From Candidatus Latescibacterota bacterium (GTDB lineage: Bacteria; Latescibacterota; UBA2968; GCA-2709665): DNA of 64,000 bases. The notes under the pieces are model-generated. The model did not search any database and was not told where the DNA came from. It saw only the letters and a program-made list of their open reading frames with translations. This document shows, in pieces, positions 32,828 to 43,522 of the stretch. The number at the start of each line of letters is the position of its first letter. Positions within the stretch are counted from its first letter, which is position 1. Both the position numbers and the translations under genes were made by a program. The stretch is from positions 2,848,001 to 2,912,000 of the forward strand of contig OZ244744.1 in assembly GCA_965219455.1 (NCBI GenBank). Reading direction: 5' to 3'.

Positions 32828-35800
32828 ATGGCCGAACTTGATGCCGGAACGGTTGTCGACGGGTATTACGAGATTCTCGCCGCAGTTGGAAGCGGCGGCT
32901 TGGGTACCGTCTACCGTGCAAGGGACGTGAAGGATGATTCCACGGTGGCGCTTAAGATGCTGAATATCGTGGAGGAAGAGACCCAACGGCGGTTCCTGAG
33001 AGAGTTCAATATCCTCTCCAGAATCCGGCATCCCAGGATTGTCCGTTCCCACAGGTGGGGATTGTTTTCGGGGAAGCCGTATTTTTCCATGGATTATATC
33101 TCCGGACGTCCACTTTCCGATTTGATCGCCTGCGCGGACGACCTCGAGAGAGTGAGAACAGCGTGGCTCCACCCACTTATCCGGCAGATCGGAGAGGGGC
33201 TGGCGTATATCCATGAACAGGGTGTGGTACACCGGGACCTGAAACCTTCCAATATTATGATTTCCGAGGTTGAAGGCGAACCCGAGGTTACCGTTCTGGA
33301 CCTGGGCCTGGCTCGGTTTCGAGAGTCGAGGGACCAACGCGTGACGCCGCCGGGCAGACCGACCGGGACCGTGGAGTACATGTCCCCCGAACAGATCCGC
33401 GCACGGCGGACCGATCAGCGATCCGACCTGTATTCGCTGGGTGTCATCCTGTACGAGATTCTCACCGGTAAACCGCCGTTCACGGGCGAAAATCCCGCGT
33501 CGGTGATGTTCCAGCATTTGAGAGACCTGCCCCGTCCGCCGCGCCTGATTACGGGCGGAGCGCCCACCCGCATCGAAGAATCCGTTATGAAACTGCTGGA
33601 AAAGGAGCCGATTGACCGCTACAGTTCGGTGGAAAGCCTGTTGCATGATCTATCTGACCGGGTAGAAGGAGCGTTCGATGAGGAGCACCGCGACGCTCCT
33701 GTCTCGATACCGACTGCCCAGGAGACCGGTGACGCTCCCATTTCGATGCCACACGCTCCCGTTCTGCAGCCCCAATTTCAGGGTCGAGACCGTGAGATGA
33801 AGGCTCTCCGGGAGATATTGAGGGAATCCGTGGATGGGGTGGGGCGGATGGTCTTGATAAGCGGAGTGGCCGGTATCGGCAAATCCCAGGTCCTGGAGGA
33901 GTTTCAGGCCGATGCATGCGTTCACGGAATGCGCGTACAAACAGGACGTTGTTACGAGAGCGGGGGCCCCGCCTTTGGCCCATTCCTGGAAATGCTGCGG
34001 GATATCGCGGAACAGCCGGGTGTTCGGGGTTCAGACCTGGAAGCATCCGTCAGGCGAGTTCTAACGCAAATTGAACGGCCGGCGCCCGCCGATCAGCCGG
34101 ATCCGTACCCGGCTATGGAGACTTTGTCGGAGCTTCTCGGCGACCTGAGCCGGGAAACGCCAACTCTCGTCTGCGTTGAAGACCTGCAGTGGGCCGACGA
34201 CGTGACCCTGCGGTTCCTGGACTTTATGAGGAGAGATCCGGATCCAATGGCCTTCGTCTTCGGGCTTGCCTGCCGCAAGGTGGACGAAGACCCGCTCCCC
34301 CCGGGAATTGACGACTTGACAAAAGGGCCGGATGTACCCGGCGTTGTACATTTGCAACTCGAGCCCCTCGAAATGGAGGAAACAGGGAATTTGGCAGCGT
34401 CCCTGCTTGGCGAGAAGGCGGTGCCGGAGGAGGAAGCTCGAAGGATTTTCCGAGAGACCGGGGGAAATCCTCTATTTGTCGTCGAACTGATCCGCGGTTC
34501 GGTTGAAGAAGGCTTAATTTGGAGGGATTCGGCTGGCGGCTGGAGATGGCCGGAATCCAGGGAATGGCCGATGCCTTCGGGCATTATGCAGGCCATTGAG
34601 TTGCGCCTCGGACGGCTGCGGTCGGCCCAAAGGCAGGCGCTGGAATATGCCTCGATCTTTCGCGGTGCGTTTTCATTCGCCCTGATTTCGCAGGTCTGGC
34701 GCGAAGACGAACTGCAGTTGCTGGAGACCCTGGAGGGGCACGTCCGCCTGGGTCTCCTGAAAGACCTGCAAGACCGCGAGGGACGGTATCGGTTTTCACA
34801 TGGACTGATCCAACGGGCGGTTTATGAAGGCATAACCGAAAACAGACGTACGTTGCTTCACCAGGAGGCAGGCAGGGCCCTGGAGCCTCGGTTCGAGTCC
34901 GGCGGCACGGAGACTCTGAATGAACTGACCTTTCATTTCTCCAGATCGAACGACCTGGAAAAAGCGGTGCGGTACGTGTCGGCATCGGGCCGCCTGGCGT
35001 TGCGGATGTGTGACTTCTCTCGCGCCCTGGAGCAGTTCGAAGCGATTATCGAAAAAGGCGCGTTCTCGTCCGATGCGCAGGGCGGCATTTCCCGCGGGTC
35101 GGTGGCGCACCTGGATTTTCTCTGCGCCTACGCCGAGGCGCTTTCCGGTTGTGACAGGTATAAAGAGGCGCGACGCGAGTTGGATCAGGTCATGGAGTTG
35201 GTGTCTGACGATACACCGGCGCAGAGGGCGTGCGCGTTGAGGATGATGGGAATAAACCACATCCATTTCGGGGATTATCAGGTGGCCGAATCCGTGTTAT
35301 CGGAGGCCCTGGAAATCTTCCGATTATTGGGCGACGACGAGTATGAACTGAATGTCCTGGGATTATTGTCGAATCTCTACTTTGTGCTGAACGATATGAA
35401 AACGGCTGCGAGATATTGTCAATCAGCTGCTGAAAAATGCCGCGAATTGGGAGGGGACGTCAATGAGGCGCGTGCCTTGAATTATCTTGCGTTTGCGGCA
35501 CAGTTTACGTATCGGAATGAAAGAGCCAAGACGCTCCTCGAGTCGTCATTAGATCTGATGGATAGGGGAGGCGACCGAGTCTATCGCCATAGCAGTCTTC
35601 TCCTGTTGGGACGTGTAGAAAGCCGACTGGGGAATTTCGAACGTGCGAAGGAGATTTTCCAGGAACTTCGAGACTTCTGGGCCAGGCGAGGTTCGAAGTC
35701 TTCGGAGGCCGGAGCACATCATCGATTGGGCTGGATCGCCCTGGAACAGGGAGACACCGGCAGTGCGGAGACGCATGCTCGATATGCGGAGCGCCTTTTG

Positions 35801-37753
35801 TCGGATGGAGCGCGACAAGATCAGATGTACAGGGCCTACGGATTGCTGGCCGAGACGCTGGCGGAAACCGCCCGCGTTGAAGAGGCACTTTCCTGGGCCG
35901 AACGGGCCTGGCCGGGCGTGGAGTACGGCGGGAATGTCCGCGCCATTGCATGGACTGCGAAGGCAAAATCGCTTGCCGCGGCCGGCCGGCATGACGAAGT
36001 CGATTCCCTGTTCGAACATGCATCGGAAGTCCAGGGTTCGCCGGACGGTTTGGAACAGATAAATCTGTTGGTTGTAGCGGGTGCGTACTATCTGGAGCGG
36101 CGGCGCCTTGCCGATGCCCGGCGGTACCTGGAAAACGCCCGCGAGGCTGCCGAACGGCTGAATCTGCGCTATTATGCCGGGAAGGCGGCGGCTCTTCTGG
36201 AGCGGGTTACTGAGGAAGCTGAAATGGCGTTGCCCGCAAAGGAGATGGTTCCAGCGCTTTCCGAGGAGCACCTTCTGACGCTTTACGAGGCTTCCGAGGA
36301 CTTGACCTCGGTCCTGGACCTGAACGTGCTTCTGGATCGGATTCTGGACCGCTTGAAAAAGGTGAGCCGGGCCGAACGCGTACTGATTGCTCTCAAAGAT
36401 GAGGCGGCCGTTCACGTCGAGGTCGCGCGCAAGCACAATTTGGATGACATAGCGACGCAGAAGATCAGCCAGGGTATCATCAAGTGGACGATGGAGCGAA
36501 ACGAGCCCGTATTGAGCCTTGATGCCCGCGTAGACGAACGTTTCAGGCAACGGGCGAGTGTAGTTGCTTACGGCATCCGCTCGGTGCTCTGCGTTCCTCT
36601 ACGTCATGCGGAATCAGGCGTTATCGGCGCGCTCTATATGGATCACAGACAGCTCGAGGATCTATTCACCGAGAAAGACAGGGCACTTTTGTCGGCATTT
36701 GGGAACCTGGTGTCCATTGCGGTTGTCAACGCCCGGATGTTTTCTCAGGTCAGGGAGCGTGCGCTTTTTTTGCAGAGCGAATTTGAGGGCGGTACCCGTT
36801 TGGGAGAATTGGTAGGCCAGAGCCGGGTGATGCAGGATGTGTTCAAACTGGTCGAGGTCGCGGCGGAGAGCGACATGACCGCGCTGATTCAGGGTGAAAC
36901 CGGAACGGGCAAGGAACTGGCTGCCCGGGCCATCCACGCCCGGAGCAAACGCGAAACCCACTCCTTTCTGTCCGCCAACTGTGCCGCAATGACCCACGAA
37001 TTGCTTCAGAGCGAACTGTTCGGCCACAAGAAGGGCGCATTTACCGGGGCGTCATCCGACCGAAAGGGTTTGTTCCTTTCCGCTGACGGGGGCACGGTTT
37101 TCCTGGACGAGGTTGGCAATGCCTCGCCGCGTTTGCAATCGAGCCTGTTGCGCGTGCTCCAGGACGGCGAGATCCAGCGGGTGGGTGAGGCGGATGCGCG
37201 CAACGTGGACGTGCGTGTGATCGCGGCGACGAATCGCGACCTGGAAGCCGACGTGCGCAACGGTTTGTTTCGCGAGGATCTATACTACAGGCTGCGGGTG
37301 TTGCAAATCGAAATGCCTCCGCTGCGCCGCCACGTTGAGGACATTCCGTTGTTATGTGAACACATTCTAAAACGGCTGTGTGCGGATCAGAAGAAGGCGG
37401 TTCCGGGTTTTACAGTGGCTGCCATGCGGGCGTTGATGGATCACGGGTGGCCCGGCAACGTACGGGAACTCGAGAACGAGATCAGGCGGGCGGTTGCCCT
37501 GGTGGAGGAAGGCAAAGAGGTCTCCGCCGATTTGTTCTCGGAGAAGATCGGGCTGCCCCGGCAACTCGGGTCCGGAGAGCGAAGTTATTTCAAGTCCCGC
37601 GTTGCGTCACTCGAGAGGCGGATGATCGTAGAAGCGCTCGATCAGTGCGGTGGCAATATCTCCCGCGCAGCACGTCAACTTGGGTTGAGTCGAAACGGGC
37701 TTCAAAAGATGATGAGCCGGTACGGCCTGAGGAACGATACGAATTCCGAATAA
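32828..37753 (+). CDS. Ser/Thr kinase - P-loop ATPase - TPR - GAF - sigma54 activator - Fis HTH fusion regulator
   Basis: GSGGLG, VALK, HRDLKPSN, DLG, YMSPE; GVAGIGKS, EDLQWAD, GGNPLF; IRSVLCVPL; GETGTGKE, ELFGHKKGAFTGA, LDEV, WPGNVREL; C-terminal HTH. Confidence 0.93.
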   Translation: MAELDAGTVVDGYYEILAAVGSGGLGTVYRARDVKDDSTVALKMLNIVEEETQRRFLREFNILSRIRHPRIVRSHRWGLFSGKPYFSMDYISGRPLSDLIACADDLERVRTAWLHPLIRQIGEGLAYIHEQGVVHRDLKPSNIMISEVEGEPEVTVLDLGLARFRESRDQRVTPPGRPTGTVEYMSPEQIRARRTDQRSDLYSLGVILYEILTGKPPFTGENPASVMFQHLRDLPRPPRLITGGAPTRIEESVMKLLEKEPIDRYSSVESLLHDLSDRVEGAFDEEHRDAPVSIPTAQETGDAPISMPHAPVLQPQFQGRDREMKALREILRESVDGVGRMVLISGVAGIGKSQVLEEFQADACVHGMRVQTGRCYESGGPAFGPFLEMLRDIAEQPGVRGSDLEASVRRVLTQIERPAPADQPDPYPAMETLSELLGDLSRETPTLVCVEDLQWADDVTLRFLDFMRRDPDPMAFVFGLACRKVDEDPLPPGIDDLTKGPDVPGVVHLQLEPLEMEETGNLAASLLGEKAVPEEEARRIFRETGGNPLFVVELIRGSVEEGLIWRDSAGGWRWPESREWPMPSGIMQAIELRLGRLRSAQRQALEYASIFRGAFSFALISQVWREDELQLLETLEGHVRLGLLKDLQDREGRYRFSHGLIQRAVYEGITENRRTLLHQEAGRALEPRFESGGTETLNELTFHFSRSNDLEKAVRYVSASGRLALRMCDFSRALEQFEAIIEKGAFSSDAQGGISRGSVAHLDFLCAYAEALSGCDRYKEARRELDQVMELVSDDTPAQRACALRMMGINHIHFGDYQVAESVLSEALEIFRLLGDDEYELNVLGLLSNLYFVLNDMKTAARYCQSAAEKCRELGGDVNEARALNYLAFAAQFTYRNERAKTLLESSLDLMDRGGDRVYRHSSLLLLGRVESRLGNFERAKEIFQELRDFWARRGSKSSEAGAHHRLGWIALEQGDTGSAETHARYAERLLSDGARQDQMYRAYGLLAETLAETARVEEALSWAERAWPGVEYGGNVRAIAWTAKAKSLAAAGRHDEVDSLFEHASEVQGSPDGLEQINLLVVAGAYYLERRRLADARRYLENAREAAERLNLRYYAGKAAALLERVTEEAEMALPAKEMVPALSEEHLLTLYEASEDLTSVLDLNVLLDRILDRLKKVSRAERVLIALKDEAAVHVEVARKHNLDDIATQKISQGIIKWTMERNEPVLSLDARVDERFRQRASVVAYGIRSVLCVPLRHAESGVIGALYMDHRQLEDLFTEKDRALLSAFGNLVSIAVVNARMFSQVRERALFLQSEFEGGTRLGELVGQSRVMQDVFKLVEVAAESDMTALIQGETGTGKELAARAIHARSKRETHSFLSANCAAMTHELLQSELFGHKKGAFTGASSDRKGLFLSADGGTVFLDEVGNASPRLQSSLLRVLQDGEIQRVGEADARNVDVRVIAATNRDLEADVRNGLFREDLYYRLRVLQIEMPPLRRHVEDIPLLCEHILKRLCADQKKAVPGFTVAAMRALMDHGWPGNVRELENEIRRAVALVEEGKEVSADLFSEKIGLPRQLGSGERSYFKSRVASLERRMIVEALDQCGGNISRAARQLGLSRNGLQKMMSRYGLRNDTNSE

Positions 37754-37761
37754 GGGCGATA

Positions 37762-37911
37762 TGTATACATTGTATACAAATATCCACGCGATTCCGTAGA
37801 CAATGTATCGTATATTATAACGATTTATTATTTAGATATTTATGTCGGAAAATTTCAACAAGCGAGACATCGATAATATTTGGATGTATACAATGTATAC
37901 ATCCAAATATT
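37762..37911. promoter_or_regulatory. Putative enhancer (UAS) sites: two TGTATACA-W-TGTATACA units
   Basis: Units at 37762-37778 and 37885-37901; the second lies inside a perfect inverted repeat with 18-bp arms (37875-37911). Confidence 0.65.
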
Positions 37912-38004
37912 GAACGCTCTGTAGTAGCGTGAAAATTAAAGTTATAAGATAATGTTTTTATTTCGCTTGTGCGTAAACGCACGGGCGATTTTTGTTTTGT
38001 TGTC

Positions 38005-38020
38005 TGGTACGAAGATTGCA
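38005..38020 (+). promoter_or_regulatory. sigma54 (-24/-12) promoter
   Basis: TGGTACG-AAGA-TTGCA with GG-N10-GC spacing, downstream of a bEBP gene and an AT-rich tract. Confidence 0.8.
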
Positions 38021-38124
38021 AAGGGTGGAGACGGCGGAGCGACCACACACCCTGGAAAGAATTCAAAAGGACCCGGCCCCCCGGAGCGGCTGTGGGAAAC
38101 AGGGCACGCCAATCCGGGAACTCG

Positions 38125-38319
38125 TTTCAGATTTATTGAACCCGCCCGGCCTGGCCTGTGTCTTTTGTACCGGCAGAGACGAATGCAGGTATCCGGTTTC
38201 GAAGCATTGGTAAACCGGAGACGCCATCTGTTCCGATGTAGTCGCAGGGGTTGTTGTTTCGCGCACAGGATATCCAAACGCACGGGCTGTCTTGTAGGAT
38301 TCATCCGGGAGGGTTCAAT
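38125..38319 (+). repeat. Conserved ~195 nt leader duplicated upstream of two GWxTD genes
   Basis: Aligns with 56102-56297; contains ATTTATTGAAC-N16-GTGTC. Confidence 0.8.
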
Positions 38320-40803
38320 ATGAATTGGTTCAAGCTCTGCGCGATTATCGTGACCGCAATTTTTTTCTCCTTAGGCGAAAGTTCGGCCAGAGGACTATCT
38401 GCACAGGATATCTCACAGGTCGATAGCTCTTATACAACCGGGATGGCCTATCTCGAAACAGGGGAACACGAGAATGCCGAACGCTGTTTTCAAGCGGCGC
38501 TGGAGATCAACCCGAAACATGCTCCGTCTTACGCCGGGCTGGGCAATGTCTACCTGAATCGAGGTGATCTGAAGCAGGCTGAGAAAGCCTTCCGAATAGC
38601 TTTGCGCAAGGACAAGGATTATGCACCCGCCTTGAACGGATTGGGTTTAGTTTTTCGGAATACGGACAAAATGCTGGATTGGGCAATCAAGTATTTTCGA
38701 AGTGCGTCTCAGGCGGACCGCCAGTATGCGGAAGCGTACTATAACCTCGCCCAAACGTATCGTGAGATTGGCGATACGAAGGAATTGGATACGTACAAGA
38801 AACTGGCTAAGTTGGACCCCGACCATTTCGATGTCTGGTTCCAGATTGGGAGAATATACAAGAGTAGAGGCGTGGGTCGGGTCCAAAATTCGCAAAAAGC
38901 GGAGGCAGCATTTCGGAGGCAACTGAATATTAATCGACACCATTTTGGTGCGCAATTACAACTAGCGCAGTTGTTGAAGGAATCAGGACGGACGGATGAA
39001 GCGGTGTTAATGCTCAAAGCCGTTGTCGATACCCCGAATGCCCACCAGCGCCTTGCGTTTCTGGAACTGGCTGAGGTATATCAGCGCACCCGTGACCACG
39101 ACCGGTTAGAAGCCCTACTAGACGAATATTTAGAGGATCTGCCACCTAACGAGCAGACGGTGTATTATGATTTGAGCCTCGTAGTGATCGGGAACGACCT
39201 GACTCATTTCCAGGCGGTGCCCGAGAACGAGCGCAAGGCGCAATCTGAATCTTTCTGGGCGAGCCGCGACCCGGCTCCGGTGACGGTAGCCAATGAACGA
39301 TGGATTGAGCACTGCCGGCGGGTGGCGTATGCACGCGAGAATTTCGGCAAATACATATTTCCGTGGGATGATCGTGGAGCCGTGTACGTGCGCTACGGCG
39401 AGCCAGATCACTCGAGCCGTTCGGATGACATACGTTTCGAAACGGACGCCAGGACTCTGGAAGTAAAGGAAAAGCTCGTCCGAGGGGCGGGCGTGGGGAT
39501 TGTCGGCTTAGTGAGAAGCAGAGATGTACAGTTGCATGAATATGACTTAAACCTAGGTGAAGGGGATGCCTCGGTTGTGACCTTGGGACCCATTAGTTCA
39601 ATGCTTAGAGAGCTCAGCGAGACAGGTAAGTATCGCACAACTGATTCCGAAAAGGATGGTAAACGGAAGGGTCCGATTGGTGTTGGCGTGTCGCGTAATG
39701 CGGACACGGCGATGAAGTCGGCTACCGTTCTGGGATGGCCTGTCTATCCCGTTACGGGCAAGGTTTGGGAATATTGGATTTATGCAGACGTGGGACCCGG
39801 GATCGAAATTACGTTTACACAACCGTTTTTTCCTGGACCATACGGCTATGCGGATATGCCACTGGGTATAGGGGGTGACAGTGACGTCGTGCGGAATTGG
39901 CAACAAATGAACCCACACGTCGTCATTGACCGGGTTAAGGCGTCAACGCCGTCGACCTACCGCCCGGACTTTGCATCAGAACCGTTGGAGTTTTTCTTCG
40001 CTTCGGCGCAATTCAAGGGACTGGACGGCAGTACTGACATAGAGATTTATTATGGTGTCCCGGTTGCAGAAATGAACTTTCTAGAATCGCGAAGTGGAGA
40101 TCCTACTGCATATCTCAAGCGTGGTGTCGCACTCGTGGACCGCGAATTTGGGCAGGTATATCGGTCCGTTGAAGAGATGGCATATTCTTCAAAGGGATTT
40201 TTAGATACCACGAAAATAGCATTCGTTCCCGAGCTTGATCGGCTTTCCTTGTCGCCGGGTACGTACCAGATGAGAGTGCAGATTCGCGATGAGTCTTCCC
40301 ATAAGTCACAGGTTTACAGACAACAGGTGACGCTTTCATCGTACGAGGGCGACGATCTACGGTTGAGCGATATTCAAATGGCGGCATCTATTCGCCAAAT
40401 CAAGGGCAGTAAATTCGACAAGCACGGATTGGAAGTCGTGCCCAATCCCAGCTTGGCCTACCTGCCCGGGCGGCCAGTGTTTATATACTACGAGGTATAC
40501 AACCTGAAGAAGGACGAATTCGGAAGGTCAAAATACCGGGTATCGTACGAATTGCGATCGCTACAAGAGGGGAATTTGGCAGTGAGGATACTAACCGCAC
40601 TCGGGAGGTTGGTTGGCGTCCACCGAGAGTCGGAGGTTGTGACGGTGGAATACGCACATGAGGGAGACAAAGTCGACGACTACGTATACTTGGAATTGGA
40701 TTTGTCGAATACGGAACCAGGGAGGCAGTTAGTCAAAATAACGGTTATGGATGACAATTCCGGCCAGACCTCGGCGTCTACAGCGACGTTCACGATCCAA
40801 TAG
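38320..40803 (+). CDS. TPR-GWxTD protein, subtype A (PWDxRG)
   Basis: GGAGG RBS, signal peptide, TPRs, FW..RDP...NERWIEHCRRVAYA..F, PWDDRGAVYVRYGEP, WEYWIY, YYEVYNL. Confidence 0.88.
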   Translation: MNWFKLCAIIVTAIFFSLGESSARGLSAQDISQVDSSYTTGMAYLETGEHENAERCFQAALEINPKHAPSYAGLGNVYLNRGDLKQAEKAFRIALRKDKDYAPALNGLGLVFRNTDKMLDWAIKYFRSASQADRQYAEAYYNLAQTYREIGDTKELDTYKKLAKLDPDHFDVWFQIGRIYKSRGVGRVQNSQKAEAAFRRQLNINRHHFGAQLQLAQLLKESGRTDEAVLMLKAVVDTPNAHQRLAFLELAEVYQRTRDHDRLEALLDEYLEDLPPNEQTVYYDLSLVVIGNDLTHFQAVPENERKAQSESFWASRDPAPVTVANERWIEHCRRVAYARENFGKYIFPWDDRGAVYVRYGEPDHSSRSDDIRFETDARTLEVKEKLVRGAGVGIVGLVRSRDVQLHEYDLNLGEGDASVVTLGPISSMLRELSETGKYRTTDSEKDGKRKGPIGVGVSRNADTAMKSATVLGWPVYPVTGKVWEYWIYADVGPGIEITFTQPFFPGPYGYADMPLGIGGDSDVVRNWQQMNPHVVIDRVKASTPSTYRPDFASEPLEFFFASAQFKGLDGSTDIEIYYGVPVAEMNFLESRSGDPTAYLKRGVALVDREFGQVYRSVEEMAYSSKGFLDTTKIAFVPELDRLSLSPGTYQMRVQIRDESSHKSQVYRQQVTLSSYEGDDLRLSDIQMAASIRQIKGSKFDKHGLEVVPNPSLAYLPGRPVFIYYEVYNLKKDEFGRSKYRVSYELRSLQEGNLAVRILTALGRLVGVHRESEVVTVEYAHEGDKVDDYVYLELDLSNTEPGRQLVKITVMDDNSGQTSASTATFTIQ

Positions 40804-40987
40804 AACTCAGTTCCGGGTATATTTCTGCAACGGAATGAATAACGGTCCAGCTGATTGGTCCTGTTAGTGCTTGGCGCACGTACAGATCCTAACGAATTTG
40901 ACGGGACAAACACGGCGGCCAAGGGCATTCCAGATCAAGCATCAGTAGTATTCAGATACCCACGACGGGAGCTTGAGGGGTCTTGAA

Positions 40988-43375
40988 ATGCCGATCCAGC
41001 GATGTCTTCATATGCGGAGACGCGGCACTCGGTTGACTTCAATGGCTTCTGCCTTCCTATGTGTCGGATTCTTCCTCGCGGCGCCGATTGCCGCCGGCAT
41101 GAAGCAGGTTGCCGATAGGCTGTATGAGACGGCGTTGGAGCAGGTGGGAAGTGTCACCGTTAAGGAGAGTCTGAAGGGTTTCCGTGAAGTATTGAAGGCG
41201 GATCGGGACCATGCACTAGCCCATTACGAAATCGCGAAGCTGTATATGTCGCTCGGTACGCCGATGGATCGCCAAAGCGCACGAAATGCACTGAAAACTG
41301 CTTTACGCTTGGACCCGCAAAACATCGCGTATCAAATGAAATTTGCCGAGTTGCTAGGAAAACAAGGATTCTGGTATAATTCGGCGAAGAAATACGAGGA
41401 GATCTCAGTTGCTCATCCTGAAAACGCTGAATCAGCGTTCATGGCGGGATACTATGCCCTTAAGGACTTTGAAAAATACATCGACATGCAATATGCGGAT
41501 ACCGTAGAAGGGATGTTTGAAGGAGAACCAAAGACAAGCCACCTGTTTTATTGGAGGCAATTCGGCGAAAAAGATCGCACAAAGGCAATCGTTCACCTCG
41601 AACATAGTATCAAGATCGACTCGAAATTTAGGGACGCCTATTACTATTTGGGGTTGATTCATTTTGAAAGCGGAAATCCGGAGCTATTGATTCGGATATC
41701 CAATAGACTATTGGCGGAAGTGCCAAACGAAAAGGACGCGCTTCTGTTTATCGGTTTTGGTTACCAAACCCTTGGTGAACAGGAAGCCGCCTTTGGATTT
41801 TACGCACAGGCAATTCGCCAGATGGAACCCGAAGAGCGTGCACTGATGGAGTCCGTCGATCTGGTCGCAACAAAGGACGAAAGGCGCATTCTGCGCGCGA
41901 TGGGTCAGATTCAGTCGATAGAGGCACATCATACCTGGAAGGACAGCCCGGAACTTTCCCGCTTTTGGAAAAAGCGCGATCCGTTGTATCTGACTGAGTT
42001 TAACGAGAGAAGACTGGAACACTATGGCCGGGTGGCTTATGCGAATTTGCGCTTTAGCAGACGCTTGAAGGGCATTCCCGGCTGGCAAACGGCTATGGGC
42101 AAGGCTTATATCAAGTTCGGAAAATACCTGCGTCGAATATCCGAGAGACCGGATTTGGAAAACCCGCACCTGGAGACGTGGTTCTATGAGGGATTTTCGA
42201 TATCGTTTCGCAATTGGGACGGGTTTGACGCCTGGCGTTTCGATACGACTCCCTTTCGGATCTCAGGTCAATATGTGTTCAACCGTACGCCATCTTACTA
42301 TTCCGACCCATATCGGGGCAGCAAATACAGAATTCCATATCAGTTAGTAAGTTTCAGGGACAAAAATCGCCACCGAGTGGAACTCTCTTATGTAGTGCCG
42401 AAGTACAATGTATCTGTCTCGAATGTGGACAGCACAGTTGTGCTAGAGAACGGCGTATTCCTTTTCGACGAGCACTGGAGCGAGGTATATCGAAAGCCGT
42501 CAGATCTCAAGCTGCGGTGGCCCGTATTGACAAAAAGCAGGTATGCGACTGCTGACAGTTTGTGGGGAAATCACCTGATGTTTCACAAGGTGTTCAGGGT
42601 GGCGCCCGGAACCTACCATTTCGTGGGAGAAGTGCGGGACAGGACGCGTGGATCGATAGGGACATTTCGGGAACAGCGCAGGTTGGAAGTAGCAGATTCT
42701 TTGCTGTCTATAAGCGATTTGATGCTAGCCAAGCAGATCGAAACGCGAACGCCGTTTCCGGCGGGAAGGAACGATTTAAAGGTCATGGCGAATCCACTGC
42801 GGACCTACCATCGGTCGGAGCCCGCATTTATCTATCTCGAGTTGTACAATCTCAAGCGGGACCGGTACGGGCGCGCGGAGTATGAAATCACCTATCGTAT
42901 AGGCCCTCCTGAAGAGGAGGAGATCGATCCGTACCTTTTCATCGCGCAGCGGTTGTCTGAAGGCGGTATTCAATTGGAAGTAACCCGCGGACAAAAGAGA
43001 CGAGAGGGGGAAATGGTCCGACGAACACGAATAGATGATAATGAGGCTTCGACGGATATGTTTATAAGAAGCCGAGACTTGAGCCCGGAGCTGTTTGAAC
43101 AGGAACCAGAAGAGGAAGTGAAGTACCGGGTTCGGTACGTGTTTCCGGAAGAGGATGAACTTGCCAGCCGGATTAAGAGGATGGGTCGGAGCAAAGAGGG
43201 CGTGGAAACGACGGTCACGGCCCAGTACGAGGGCAGCCGGGAGGATGACTTCACGTATCTGCAGATTGACCTGAGCCACGTGCCTGCAGGCGTGCACCGC
43301 CTATCGGTGCGGGTCAGGGACATGCATAACGATCAGGTTGTTTCACGCCACGCGTTGTTTCGAGTGATTGAATGA
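40988..43375 (+). CDS. TPR-GWxTD protein, subtype B
   Basis: TPRs; FWKKRDP...NERRLEHYGRVAYANLRF; GWQTAMGKAYIKFG; start approximate. Confidence 0.88.
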   Translation: MPIQRCLHMRRRGTRLTSMASAFLCVGFFLAAPIAAGMKQVADRLYETALEQVGSVTVKESLKGFREVLKADRDHALAHYEIAKLYMSLGTPMDRQSARNALKTALRLDPQNIAYQMKFAELLGKQGFWYNSAKKYEEISVAHPENAESAFMAGYYALKDFEKYIDMQYADTVEGMFEGEPKTSHLFYWRQFGEKDRTKAIVHLEHSIKIDSKFRDAYYYLGLIHFESGNPELLIRISNRLLAEVPNEKDALLFIGFGYQTLGEQEAAFGFYAQAIRQMEPEERALMESVDLVATKDERRILRAMGQIQSIEAHHTWKDSPELSRFWKKRDPLYLTEFNERRLEHYGRVAYANLRFSRRLKGIPGWQTAMGKAYIKFGKYLRRISERPDLENPHLETWFYEGFSISFRNWDGFDAWRFDTTPFRISGQYVFNRTPSYYSDPYRGSKYRIPYQLVSFRDKNRHRVELSYVVPKYNVSVSNVDSTVVLENGVFLFDEHWSEVYRKPSDLKLRWPVLTKSRYATADSLWGNHLMFHKVFRVAPGTYHFVGEVRDRTRGSIGTFREQRRLEVADSLLSISDLMLAKQIETRTPFPAGRNDLKVMANPLRTYHRSEPAFIYLELYNLKRDRYGRAEYEITYRIGPPEEEEIDPYLFIAQRLSEGGIQLEVTRGQKRREGEMVRRTRIDDNEASTDMFIRSRDLSPELFEQEPEEEVKYRVRYVFPEEDELASRIKRMGRSKEGVETTVTAQYEGSREDDFTYLQIDLSHVPAGVHRLSVRVRDMHNDQVVSRHALFRVIE

Positions 43376-43522
43376 GATTATTGGGATAGCGGATGCAATA
43401 CAAGCACCCAAAGGCCTACAATGAGCATCAGGATGCGCATTTACATCGGAAAAGCCGGACGCATCGACTCTGAGAGGCACTTCGGATTCTATCGTCCCTT
43501 TGTTCGCGTTGCATGTTGTGAA

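Noticed and set aside
38040-38125. Riboswitch or leader peptide after the sigma54 promoter
   Set aside because: Some GC pairing (CCCGG/CCGGG) but no aptamer consensus I can recognise and no ATG-initiated peptide; an Rfam scan would settle it
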